Source: Felis catus (taxonomy: Eukaryota). From it: a DNA stretch of 64,000 nucleotides. Both the position numbers and the translations under genes were made by a program. Position 1 is the first letter of the stretch, and the number at the start of each line of letters is the position of its first letter. Shown here piece after piece: positions 52,641 through 64,000 of this stretch. Under the pieces are notes generated by a model. It had not been told where the DNA came from and ran no database searches. It saw nothing but the letters and a program-made list of their open reading frames with translations. The stretch lies in NCBI RefSeq assembly GCF_018350175.1, contig NC_058368.1, forward strand, positions 182,840,001-182,904,000. Reading direction: 5' to 3'.

Positions 52641-53774
52641 CTGGTTTGGGCCCTAATCTTAGTTTTTAGACTTCTTTCTTGGTAAATATTTTCTAAACAC
52701 CAATTTTGTGATAAGGATGGTGCCTGTCAGGATCAAGAATAAAAAACAACAGACCTTTTCCATGACTTCCAGGAGGCTTAGAATTTATTAGTGGAGAGAG
52801 CTAAGTGTATAAACAGTTACAAAACTGTATGGCTAATGCCTAGAGGAGACAGGGGGTTATGTGGTGAGGGCAGAGGGAGGGTGAAAGAGGTTTATGAGAC
52901 TGAAGGTTAAGTGAGCCATTTTCATAGAGCTTGCAACAACGGACATGCCACTGTCCCACCTACAGGAGGGCCCCTAGAGATCCAGTCCTGCTCATAGTGC
53001 CCTGGGGCTATGGAGGACTACAAGGACCTTGCAATGGTCAAGAAAACCAGGGTTGAAGGGTCAAACTGAACACCTCCTCTCACCACCCACCCAGGTACCC
53101 ACTGTGGCTCCTCTCCTCCCTTCCCTATCCCTGTCCCCTCCTTAAGTCCTTCCTCTCCTGTGACTTCCCACCCCATGCTCATTACCCCCACCTGTGCTCT
53201 TCTCTCCCACTACCTAGCTCTGCTTTTTCTGACTCTCTACTTCTCTCTCCCTTCTATAATGCACACCAGCTAGGAACAATTTCTTTCACTTCAAGGAATT
53301 TATATTCCTGAGTTTCTTTTTTGGGGAAAAAAAAGATTTGTTATACATTTTTCCCCAAAGGGGGGGGGAGAGGGGGAGGGGGCAAGCATTCTTCTTGTAT
53401 GTGACTCTGCAAAGATTTTTTGATGCAGATTGAGACTTAAAGGGCAAAACAAAAAATGGAAATGAAAATGTTTTCCTCCCTCTTAGATGGCTATCCTCTG
53501 TGGTTTGTCCCCTGACTTTAATAACAAGCAGTGTGTTTATAATTAGTGATGAGTTGCAAATGGCCTCCTTACATTAAAATAGGCATCACAAGTAGGCATG
53601 GTATTTCGTAATCCCAATGTCACCTAAAATACATGTCCTCTTAACACATGGGTCAATATTATGGTTTTAATGTCCGAGTTTAACATACTATAGTGATATT
53701 TTCATTGCTGAATCGTGCACAAAGCTGCCTATTTGCTGAGGATGTGCTAAAGTACATGTAATATGGGATGCAGA

Positions 53775-54100
53775 GATTTCTGGTAAAAAGAACACAGATT
53801 AAGCCTCAGAAGATTTGCAGATAAATCCCATCTCTGCCACTTACCAGTTTTGCCACTTTGGGCAGGTTTTTTGACCTCTGCAAGCTTCTTTCCCCATTTG
53901 TGGAAGGGGGATAACTCCTTCCTTGAGATCCCCCTGACCAGCCTGCTTGACTGCCTTCTGTCCTCTCTTCCTTCCAATGCTATCTATTGAGTGTGAATAG
54001 GTACTGACTAGAGGGCTTGCTCTGAAGTTTAAATGAAATCTATGAAGCACTGCTTCCAGCACAGGCACATAGTAAGCACCTGACACACCATTAGCCTCCA
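53775..54100 (+). mobile_element. MIR
   Basis: aaatcccatctctgccacttaccag...ggcacatagtaagcacc. Confidence 0.75.
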
Positions 54101-56898
54101 ATAAAGGTCAATTTATTATCATTGTCTGTATGGTTTAATCAAATCTTTTCCTAAGCAAACACCTTTATACCTTCTGTAAAATGAGGGATGCTTACTTGTT
54201 ATGGTGTACAGATGTCACATACCAGTTTTTTCATTTATTGCTAACCATAGATTCTTACAAGCTAAAAATACATTGGCACAAGCCAGTTACTTGTCACCTG
54301 TAGAAGACACCACATTAGCAATTAAAAAAAAAAAGTTCTCAGTTGATTTTTAAGTGATGGAGGTAAAAATCCTTGTTAAACTACAGAAGGGTGGAGCTGA
54401 TAAATTTTTAAATCATTGCTTTTTAATGTAACAGCTCACTCTTTAAAATTTTAATGTGTATTACAAAGACAATATAAAAAATGGCACACATCAGTCTAAA
54501 ATGATAAAAATGTCATTATGACCTTCATGGATTTTTGTCTAGCCTAAGTAATCCCAGTAAACCCTACAGATTGAAGAATGCATCTTCAATCATTTCACTG
54601 CTTTTGCCCTTGATTGTGGTTTTTTTTTTTTTTTTTTTTTACATTTCTAATACATCTTTTCTTTCTTTCCTAAAAGAATGACATTAAAATGAGAAGGCTT
54701 TAAATGAAAGTTAGTGACTTGTCAAGGGGACTGGCTTAGATCCTGATACTATAGATTTTACTTGTTTTAATTATACTGGATGTGTCTAGTGTGTGCTTTG
54801 CTGTTTTAAAAGAATCAGCATCTCTATTTTGAACGCTTTACAGTTTTGTTTTAAGAAACCCCTTGTGGTAATTTTTGTCATGCAAATTTCTGTTTGAAAG
54901 AACAGACTCACAAGGTACTAAAATTAAAGTGGCCCTATTTCTGGCCAATATATCTGAGATTGATGCAGGAACACACACACACACACAAAAAAGTCATGGA
55001 ATGAGAACATGAAGAAAAACCTGAGGGCCTGATGACAGCATTTCTGCCTGCGTGCCTAGGACAAGCCTGATCTTAAATCTCCCTGTCCATCAAGGGGTAC
55101 ACTACTACATCTGACCCAGCAGTAGGAATGAGGTTGACTTACATCATACTGAAAAAGGGAGTGAACACTGAAAAAGCATAGATTGTCTTCAACTTGTATG
55201 CTGGTAACAATGCCAAATTCTCCAAGACCATAGGAATGAGATCATTTATTTTATGGAAAGGGCTCCATTAAGGATACTGTACTAAATATTACTATTATGT
55301 CAGGCAAGAGATTGGTGAAAAGAGTGGGAAAGAGGTAGTGTTGGAGGAGGGCTATGTGGTAAAGGAGGCTACTGAAGGTTAAATGCTGGGGAAATGCTGA
55401 GACGGTCCCCCCAAAACAAATCTTACCTGCTTTGCATTTTCCCACAGGCCAGTCCTATAGTTTGTGAAAGAGAAGACACTCCTGCTCTTGTTTGCTCTAC
55501 TGCCCACACATTTTGTCTCCCCCAAAGCAACCCAAACAATCTACCTTTCCAACCCAGAGCAAATCATCATCTGTTGAGGCAGATGATCTGACTATTTTTC
55601 TCCTTACTTCACACTCAGTTATGGTGGCAGATATCCCATCAATATTATCTCTTCCAAAAGAGGAGTCTAGTTATCCAAAACAGAGCGGAAGAGAGAAATT
55701 CAAGCAACTGTGGTAGATGAGTTTCTAATTTTGAGTAGGGGGCCACTATGTGTAAGGCAAGCCAGAATTGCTGGAGAGCTGCCTTCTGCTCTTGCTGAAG
55801 TGTCTATAGCTGATACTAATGTGTTACTCCAAAACCTTTAGTTCTCCCAGATTGCAAAGTTATTTTCCTCATCTTGGCTTTGATTTGGGGAATGGTGGAG
55901 GTAGGAAGAGGGTGGGGGGTGTTAACTAACCTCCAAGACAAGTGCTACCTGCCATTGGTACATTCACAGAAGCCATTTTTTCCCCAGAGCTTTCTTTCTT
56001 TTACCAATACGTGACAAACTGCTCGATATAAAAAGTCAATTTATATATTAAAAAAAAAAAACTACTGCTATTACTACTGCTAACACTAATAATAGTGGGA
56101 TCTGAAGTGAGGCAGAAATCTTCAGAGGAAAAAAACAATCATTTCAACTGTTAGTGGTTTGTAATGAAGAAAAGAGGAATTCACTCATGATTTCTAATCA
56201 TTTATTGGTATAGATTACATATTATACGTATTTATGAAATGCAAAACTAGAAAGGCCATTTTCCCTTACATTCAACGTCATGATCACAAGGGAGAGAGAT
56301 AAATGTTTAATAGCCTCTATGTTTTATGTCCGATAAAACTCATGTTCTTAAATTGCAAGATCACCCAAGGAACACTTTATTTACACAAATAGTATCTATT
56401 GTTTTTGAGAAGAGCCAAGGCCATGATGTATTCTCATACCAAGTATTCCAGAGTCATCAGTTAAGAAACCCTTAAATCTCTGCAGATAGTTATTAAGAGG
56501 CAGGAACAGGACTTCAATAATGATAGAAGATGCTACTCTCTTTCCCTCTGAGAAATATTCCAAAGTAAAGATGTCTAATACCCAGTTAATTTTGCCTTTC
56601 TGTGTACAATCTTAAATCAAGTTTGTAAATCAGTACCAATTAGAGTCAGCTAGGTCTTAGCTACGTTTGGGGAGAGAAGAGCAGAGACTATGAACACATT
56701 TGAAGGCAACATGGGGTGCAGGAAACTGGAATAGATAGAGAGTTCAAGCAGCTTCCAAGAACTGCTCACTGAAACATGGGTGCTATCTCAGACACTTCTG
56801 AATACTCAAGAGAAGGCCAAAATTTCTATGGATCATTTAGCATGATCATTTCCATGATTCTATAGAGACAGGGAAATTAACAGGATCCTAGGAAGTCA

Positions 56899-57318
56899 TG
56901 TCCATCAACTTATGAGTGGATAAAGGAAATGTGGTTTATATATACAATGGACAACTACTTGGCAATAAGAAAGAATGAAATCATGCCATTTGCAGCAACA
57001 TGGATGGAACTAGAAAGTATTATGTTGAGTGAAGTCAGTCAGTCAGAGAAGGACAGATAGATGTTTTCACTCATATGTGGATCTTGAGAAACTTAACAGA
57101 AGATCATGGGGGAAGGGAAGGGGAAAAATAGTTTTAAACACAGAGGGAGGGAGGCAAACCATAAGAGACTATTAAATACAGAGAACAAACTGAAGGTTGA
57201 TGGGGAGGGGAGGGGAAAATGGGTGATGGGCATTGAGGAGGGCCCTTGTTGGGATAAGCACTTGTGTTGTATGTAAGCCAATCTGACCATAAGTTACATT
57301 CATAAAAAACAAACAAAC
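56899..57318 (+). mobile_element. Felid/carnivore L1 3' UTR (5'-truncated)
   Basis: atgccatttgcagcaacatggatggaactaga...gagaaacttaacagaagatcatggggg...gggaaaatgggtgatgggcattgaggagggc. Confidence 0.9.
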
Positions 57319-57325
57319 GTATTTT

Positions 57326-57510
57326 GGGGTGCCTGTGTGGCTCAGTCAGTTGAGCATCTGACCCTTGGTTTCACCTCAGGTCATGATCTTACAGTTAATG
57401 AGTGTGAGCCCCATGTCAGGCTCTACACTGAGAGTGCAGGGCCTGCTTAGGATTCTCTCCCTCTGACTCACTCTCTCAATAAACAAACTTAAAACAAACA
57501 AACAAACAAA
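57326..57510 (+). mobile_element. CAN-SINE at the L1 tail
   Basis: ggggtgcctgtgtggctcagtcagttgagc head; (AAAC)n tail. Confidence 0.92.
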
Positions 57511-57559
57511 CCACACCTATTTTTCCAGCATTTCCATGAACCAGAAATCCTGCTACACA

Positions 57560-57740
57560 GATCCGGTCTCAGTTATGTTTCACAGTAACTCAATGAAATG
57601 GCTCTAATCATTATCTTATAATGAGTGAACAATCTTAGATGAGTGAACAAAGGTTTCAAGAGACTCAGTATTTTGCCCAAGGTTATATCATGATTAGGGA
57701 GAAAATCTAATTCATTCTCAGGTATGTCTCAACTTTTAAC
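57560..57740 (-). mobile_element. MIR fragment
   Basis: agatgagtgaacaaaggtttcaagagactcagtattttgcccaaggtt. Confidence 0.55.
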
Positions 57741-59787
57741 CATCATCATATACTAATTTTAGCAGGACAAACAATCTAGAAAATTTTATAGTTTTCTTAT
57801 GAGAGAAAATGAAACACCATGCCTTCTCAGGACAACTCCAAATCTTGGCCATGAGTAAATCAATCCTCAATTCATGTAATTCATTAACTTTTACCCTGAA
57901 TTATAAGATCAAGGTCATATATACAATTTCCTCCAAAGACGGGGTTCTGTATGATAAGGCATGATGAGGGCCCAGGACACGAGGCTGAGGTGCTCAGTTT
58001 CCCCTTTAGAGGTCATTAAATATCTACCCGCCATTAAATACTGCTATACCCCATGATAAAAGGCCAATTGTGGGGTCTCTGTTATGAAGGATGTTAATCA
58101 GCAGCACATGCTAATTCCATAATTCCCAAGCAGTTCAACTACCTGATGCATACATCTATGCAATTATGGTTCTATGCTTTTATTTCAAGGATCTTGAACA
58201 GTATCAAGCAATCATTCTTCACTAGGAATAATTTGAATAATAGATTTCTAAAGCAAATGTTTTCTGAAAAAAAAAAACACCTTTCTATTATCTCATTATT
58301 AGACAGTGATACAAAGTTATTCTTTAAATGTAATAAAGATACTAAGAGATTACTGAGCTTGTCCCAAGTCACAGAGGGAAGAGGGTGAGGAAATGGGTGA
58401 GAAAAAAGTGAGGCAAAGTGGATGGGAAATAGTAAATACAGGAGTTAATTCTAAAACAATGGGTTATTTCGTTTTTGTGGTCTGCTCTTCATAAAAGTAG
58501 ATTCAGAATTCTTGGTTTCCAAATGCAGATAATGACCTTTATGTTTCTTTCTAACTTTTTTTAGTGTTTATAGATTTTTTTTTCTGATTTAGCCAGTTTT
58601 AAAGTTTGAAATCTTGCTTGTATTTCCTTTTGGGTATACCCAGAGTGGCTAGATGAGATGTAAAAACTACTATTTATTACAGTAAAAAAGCTAATTTAAA
58701 AAGTCAATGATAAGAATTATAATTACTTTTCACTAAAGATGTAATTATACATAGATAACTTCCAATTACACAAATAGTAGAGAGATGGGAAAGAAAAGAG
58801 AAAAACATCTCAAGGCACCCAACAATTATTTTCTCAATGACTATGGAATCTCAGGTCCTTTGAGACTGTGTGAATCAGAACTTCGTCGGATTCACATGAA
58901 GTCTGTAAGCATTTTTTATCACCTAAAATTAAAAAGCAATAGTCAAAATCTGGGTTCAAAATTCTGTTTTTAATCAGTCATTTCCTCCTATGGGGACCTT
59001 TAAACTCTAGACTGTACCTCTCTTGGTTATAGGAAGTATACCTTGTCCCTAATCACAGTATGCTTAGCTCCAAGGATAAAATGTCCTCAACTTTAATGCA
59101 TCACCATTGAATAATTAAATATTAAATATTGTGATGATTTATAAAAGGCACTAATGTTCTAGCAATTTATTGTTACAGATTTCATATTCTCTTTATGAAA
59201 TGCAGTACTATCCAGGCCATATTCCCTCACCTTCAAAATCATGCTTACAAGGAATAAATATGTTTGTAAAGCCATATAATGGTATGTCGTACATAACTCA
59301 TTTTTTGTGCATTTTTTTTTTGAGTAGGCTAAAATTTATACAGGAGACAATATGAACTTGATGGGAAATTTCAAGTTAAATGACCAAAGCATATTTTCAT
59401 CATTTTGTTACATAAAGTACACTGAAGTTATTGGCAGATGTTTAATTTCCAAATCAATAAGCTTCTTTCTCAGCCTTTTAAGTCTGATGACTATTAAGCT
59501 TGTGGAATTCATACTTTGAACACATGGAGCACTGACCTAAGTTTATTCATAAGTCTGTTTTCCTCTCCTTTTTTTCCCCAAGGCAAATGATATATTTTTT
59601 TTTAATTGAAAATAATGTTTAACTTAACAACCTGAATCTGACTATGCAGGTCACATATTGACCCCAACAAATGGCAGATGAGAAAGCCTTTTAGTCATGG
59701 GACCAAATTGGATAGATGGCTATTATCATCAGGTCAAACAATATTAATCCACCATCAAATTAAGGAAGTGCCAAGAATGATAATGGT

Positions 59788-59818
<31 letters not shown>

Positions 59819-60278
59819 CAATCGCAGTCCAAATGATGGCATCCATTTTAAGATACCCATTTCTCGCTTCCTAAAAAGTTGATCTATTTTAATGTCTTAG
59901 CACTGAAGTGATAGAAAATCACAGACTGAGGATCCTCAGAGATGTACATCAGGTATTTCAAGGAGTATAAAACAAAAAACCAACTGTATGCAGGAACTTG
60001 TGGCCTTCAAAATCGTTGTATTTATAGCAAGTGACTATCCTTTTATGGTCAATTGGGGGTGTTTAAGCATTTAGCTTTACCTGACCAATTTTGTGACCAC
60101 ATTCAGCCTCTGACATCAGCTCTTATGGCAACCATCTTTAAAATTAGGAGATCCCTCAGGACGACCTGTTTATACCTTTTGACTATGAAAATATCAAACA
60201 TTTCTAAAAATAATTACATTACTTATGAACATATCACCTAACTCCAACCACTACTAATTTTCTGCTCTTCTACTTTAT

Positions 60279-60505
60279 TTATTTATTTATTTATTTTTCA
60301 ACGTTTTTATTTATTTTGGGGACAGAGAGAGACAGAGCATGAACAGGGGAGGGGCAGAGAGAGAGAGGGAGACACAGAATCGGAAACAGGCTCCAGGCTC
60401 CGAGCCATCAGCCCAGAGCCCGACGCGGGGCTCGAACTCACGGACCGCGAGATCGTGACCTGGCTGAAGTCGGACGCTTAACCGACTGCGCCACCCAGGC
60501 GCCCC
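60279..60505 (-). mobile_element. Very young felid SINEC_Fc
   Basis: About 15 CpGs intact; perfect 18-bp TSD tctgctcttctactttat (60261-60278, 60507-60524). Confidence 0.97.
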
Positions 60506-60557
60506 ATCTGCTCTTCTACTTTATATATCCATACACACCATTCCCACCTCAGTCTCC

Positions 60558-60558
<1 letters not shown>

Positions 60559-60600
<42 letters not shown>
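60559..60600. repeat. (AC)21 microsatellite
   Basis: Read directly from the sequence. Confidence 0.95.
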
Positions 60601-60606
<6 letters not shown>

Positions 60607-61044
60607 GTTTGCTTCTTGCTGCAGTTAATGAAAGCATATCTCAAGCATCTTATTATTTCATTTTATTACTTTTGTAATTTTTTTCAGATTTAAAAATTAA
60701 ACGAAAATGTATTCTCACATCCAAGGAGATTAACAAAAATTCCCAACTATCATCTAAAGTTCCACAAGTTTTGAATTGTTTCCAAATGCCTTAGAGTAAC
60801 TGTTCCCAAAAAGTTTGTCTGAATGGATTTCCTAAGTTTCTAGTGGAATGACATCACTATTTTCGTGATATGTTATATAAGATCCACAATCAGCCTCAGT
60901 GTAAGTAGTATTTCTTAAACATATCAACATTAATTTTCTAATTAATTTTATCCTCATAAATTCCTCAGGTATGAAAACAACAAAAACCCAAAAACCAAAC
61001 TTTGTGTAGGATATAACAACATAAATAATAATCTCTCAAGTTCA

Positions 61045-61295
61045 TTTTTTTTTATTTTTTAGTGATTATTTATATTTAAGAGAGAAAGAAAAAAAGAGGG
61101 AGAGAGAGAGAGAGAGCGCGCGCACGCACATGAGCAGGAGTGGGGCAGAGAGAGAGAGAGCCACAAAATCTGAAGCAGGCTCCAGGCTAGGAGCTGTCAG
61201 CACACAGCTGGATGTGGGGCTCAAACTCATGAACTGTGTGATCATGACCTAAGCCAAAGTTGGACGCTTAACCAATTGGGCCACCCAGGTGCCCC
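61045..61295 (-). mobile_element. CAN-SINE
   Basis: TSD taatctctcaagtt (61029-61042, 61298-61311). Confidence 0.95.
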
Positions 61296-61341
61296 AGTAA
61301 TCTCTCAAGTTTAAATTAATATTAAAGATCAGTAGAAATCA

Positions 61342-61540
61342 GGGGTGCCTGGGTGGCTCAGTCACCCGACTTCGGCTCAGGTCATGATCTCACGGTTCAT
61401 GAGTTCAAGCCCCGGGTCGGGCTCTGTGCTGACAGCTCAAGCCTGGAGCCTGTTTCAGATTCTGTGTCTCCCTCTGTCTCTCTGACCCTCTCCCATTCAT
61501 GCTCTGTCTGTCTCAAAAATAAACAAACGTCAAAAAAAAT
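61342..61540 (+). mobile_element. CAN-SINE with a small deletion in the head
   Basis: TSD tcagtagaaatca (61329-61341, 61541-61553); lacks ggttaagc. Confidence 0.95.
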
Positions 61541-61719
61541 TCAGTAGAAATCATAGGGCACACTAAGTTTTTATGTAAAGAGACACTCCGTTAAGACTTG
61601 ATTATGTAAAACGGTTTGAGGGTAACACAAACTTAAAGATGAAGAATTGAAATTTAACTGAAGCTTTTGAATATCATAGCTATTTTGGATAAGTTTGAAT
61701 CTATATTGCTTCACAGTCT

Positions 61720-61835
61720 CATATGAGGAACAGCACGCAGTGCTTCTGCACAAAAATTTGTGAGGATCAAGTGAAAATATGCTAGAAACCACTCAGCACA
61801 CAATGTAAGCAGCCACAAAATGTTGGCTCAATATG
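61720..61835 (+). mobile_element. MIR 3' fragment
   Basis: ttgtgaggatcaagtgaaaatatgctagaaaccactcagcacacaatgtaagc. Confidence 0.55.
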
Positions 61836-62079
61836 TTCTATGTAAATTTGATCTTAGCTGTAGTCAAAATTCTTTGATTCTCCCTTCCCAGGGGTGGGGG
61901 TGGGGTGAGGGTTCCTACTCCTTTCATTCTATGAACTTTTCATAAGCCCTCATCTGCTTGATCTCCTCATTTCCCACCTTCCCAGCTAAGAAGCCAGGGT
62001 CCCTCATCATCTCTCCTTTGCAAACACCCTTCCGTTCCTTGCCCTTCTCCAACTTTGATGCAGAGTTTGACAAGATCAC

Positions 62080-63520
62080 ATCCTGATAAGCTTCAACATT
62101 CCACCTACTCTACATCTGCACCCATGAAGCTAGCTGCAAGTGCCTAAAGGAAAGTTCCTGTTGTCACTAGTTGGTTTCACTTTAACTTTGTATACAGGAA
62201 TTTCAAAATGAGTCCTTACTGCTGCAAGGCAATTAAGGGAAAACTTCTCAGCCCATTCACACTCTCTTAGTTACCTTTCTTCCTTAAACCCCTATTATCT
62301 CCTCCTCTGCCCTCACTTTCCACTGGTGACCTTGCTGGTTGTTGCACAAACCAACTAAGAACAATGTGAAGACCATCACCCAGACTATCACCATCATGCA
62401 CCTACACCCTCTCCCTCTACATTCTTTTCCTGTTTCTCTTAATCTCCCATCTTTTAACTACAGGACTGTCTTTGGAACTGTGTAACTCACTTTCTTGATG
62501 AGCTCATCCATTTTCTCCATTTTAAAAACATCAATATGCCGACTCAGATTTATAGCTCTGGCTCAGGCCTCTCTTTGAAAGCTCAACATTGTCTGCCCAC
62601 AGACACTAATGTATCCATACCAAAGGTGAACTTACACCAAAACCTATTATGTTAATAGGCGTCCCTATCTCAGTATATACAAAGGTCAGCTTTTCAGATG
62701 CTCACACCATCCTTCTCTTGCCTTTGTCTCTCACATCGTATATCCAATCCAGCAGAGGATAGCATTGGCTCTAACTTGAAATATATGCAGGGGCGTCTGG
62801 GTGGCTCAGTCGGTTGTGCATCCGACTTCAGCTCATGTAACGATCTCACGGTCTGTGAGTTCGAGCCCCACATCGGGCTCTGTGCTGACAGCTCAGAGCC
62901 TGGAGCCTGCTTCGGATTCTTTGTCTCCTTCTCTCTCTGACCCTCCCCCGTTCATGCTCTGTCTCTGTCTCAAAAATAAACATTAAAAACATTAATAAAA
63001 AAAGAAATATATGCAGACTTGGACAACTTCTTCCCAACTCCACTGTGAGGTCTACTCTGCTCTGAATCACCGTATTCTCTGGTGTAAACACTCTATAGCC
63101 TCCTTCCCCCCCAACTATTTCTCCCCTCACTGACCTATTTGCCATGTATTACTTTTCAAACTTAAATCATTTCACTCTTCAGTCTGATCTTACCAGAAAC
63201 ACCCCATTTCTCTCAGTTTAGAAGTAGTCTCCAAGGGTGTCTATACACTGGACCTATATACATGTACATCCTCATGTGTGGTTTTACTACTTGCTCACGC
63301 TGCTTGGACACATTGGCCTCTTGTTTTTCCTTTGACATGCCAAGCACACACACTTTAGGGCCTTTCCTCCAGCTGTTTCTCTCCCCGGAGTGGTCTTCTC
63401 CCAGATTATTTGCTTGGCTTACTGCCTCCATCCTATGTATTGCTTGTTCATTTTTGGTGGCCATGAAAAATCTCTGCTGCCAAACAATCCTGCCTTCATT
63501 TACCATCCTCTTTAGGTTGA
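62080..63520 (+). mobile_element. L2 fragments interrupted by a SINE
   Basis: Pyrimidine-rich: gactcagatttatagctc, tatccaatccagcagag and ttagggcctttcctccagctgtttctctccccggagtggtcttctcccagat. Confidence 0.7.
62790..63003 (+). mobile_element. CAN-SINE
   Basis: Perfect TSD gaaatatatgcag (62778-62790, 63004-63016). Confidence 0.96.
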
Positions 63521-63619
63521 CACATGGGCTCTGCTTGTCCTACATGAACAAAGAATTGTCCAGGCTAAGTTGCTACTTAGATTGGTCTCCTCTCATGTTT
63601 ATCTCTGTGAATATGCTGG

Positions 63620-63730
63620 CATAATGACAGGCGTTCTAATACCTCCATGTACTGTGTTCCAAGCGAATTTAGGGCAGGTACTTTGCATACATTATCCCCG
63701 ATCCTCACAGCACCCCTATACAGTAGGTTT
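63620..63730 (-). mobile_element. MIR fragment
   Basis: tactgtgttccaagc...tactttgcatacattatccccgatcctcacagcacccctatacagtagg. Confidence 0.6.
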
Positions 63731-64000
63731 TAGCTTATCTATCCATCCATCAATTTACAGACCTATAGTAAGAGAGAGATACAGAGACAATCAGAATATT
63801 CCATGATATAAATAGGAGTTATTGTTTCATTCCAAGGTTGTAGGTGACTTTTTTCTTTCCTTTGTTTTTTTTGTATTCTCCAGTTATTATATACTCCCAA
63901 ATTGTTTTTTTAGATAGACAAAATATTTTAAAAAGTGAAGTTTTAGAATTCTTGGCTATCTAAACCAGATTAGTAAGTCCAATAATGGGAAAACAACGGA

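Noticed and set aside
54569..54591. Short hairpins (gattgaaga/tcttcaatc; also 22140-22164 and ~58869-58896)
   Set aside because: Stems of 8-9 bp are too short for pre-miRNA and are within chance expectation in AT-rich DNA.
20991..58904. Isolated + strand exon-like motifs (20991-21020, ~30936-30985, ~58855-58904)
   Set aside because: Weak donors or acceptors and no recognisable peptide. Their presence shows such motifs arise readily by chance, which also tempers the - strand candidates.
59794..59818. A25 tract as the tail of a retrocopy
   Set aside because: No nearby AATAAA, no TSD and no recognisable upstream mRNA or SINE body.
59926..59939. Perfect 14-bp palindrome ctgaggatcctcag
   Set aside because: About four such palindromes are expected by chance in 64 kb (64000/4^7).
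993..63003. Recurrent near-identical ~200-bp units as a CRISPR-like or programmed array
   Set aside because: They are dispersed, in both orientations, and each has its own TSD: ordinary SINE retrotransposition in a mammalian genome.
1..64000. ORF-track entries as protein-coding genes
   Set aside because: All are 120 aa or shorter and many use non-ATG starts. The recurrent MAQSV.../...SLSLSL peptides are SINE translations, several others are L1 ORF2 remnants, and none resembles a cellular protein I recognise.

Overview
This is AT-rich mammalian nuclear DNA from a cat-like carnivore. The assignment rests on about 26 tRNA-derived CAN-SINE copies or fragments, including the young felid SINEC_Fc type, and a carnivore-type L1 3' end. 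The window is dominated by interspersed repeats: decayed L1 elements (about 0.15-8.8 kb and 42.2-47.3 kb, plus shorter pieces), L2, MIR, ERVL/MaLR/ERV1 solo LTRs, a hAT-type MER fragment and microsatellites. I recognise no protein-coding gene, RNA gene or CpG-island promoter; the ORF track is explained by repeats or chance. L1s and LTRs lie mostly on the + strand, which hints that the window is inside an intron of a long gene transcribed on the - strand. I cannot support a new biological system from sequence alone. The best leads are a candidate recursive-splice site with a stop-containing exon near 41.0 kb (-), a speculative chain of small frame-compatible - strand exons, a fold-back inverted duplication inside an L1, closely spaced inverted SINE pairs and very young SINE insertions. 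Repeat subfamily names come from my recollection of consensus sequences and boundaries are approximate; RepeatMasker/Dfam was not run.
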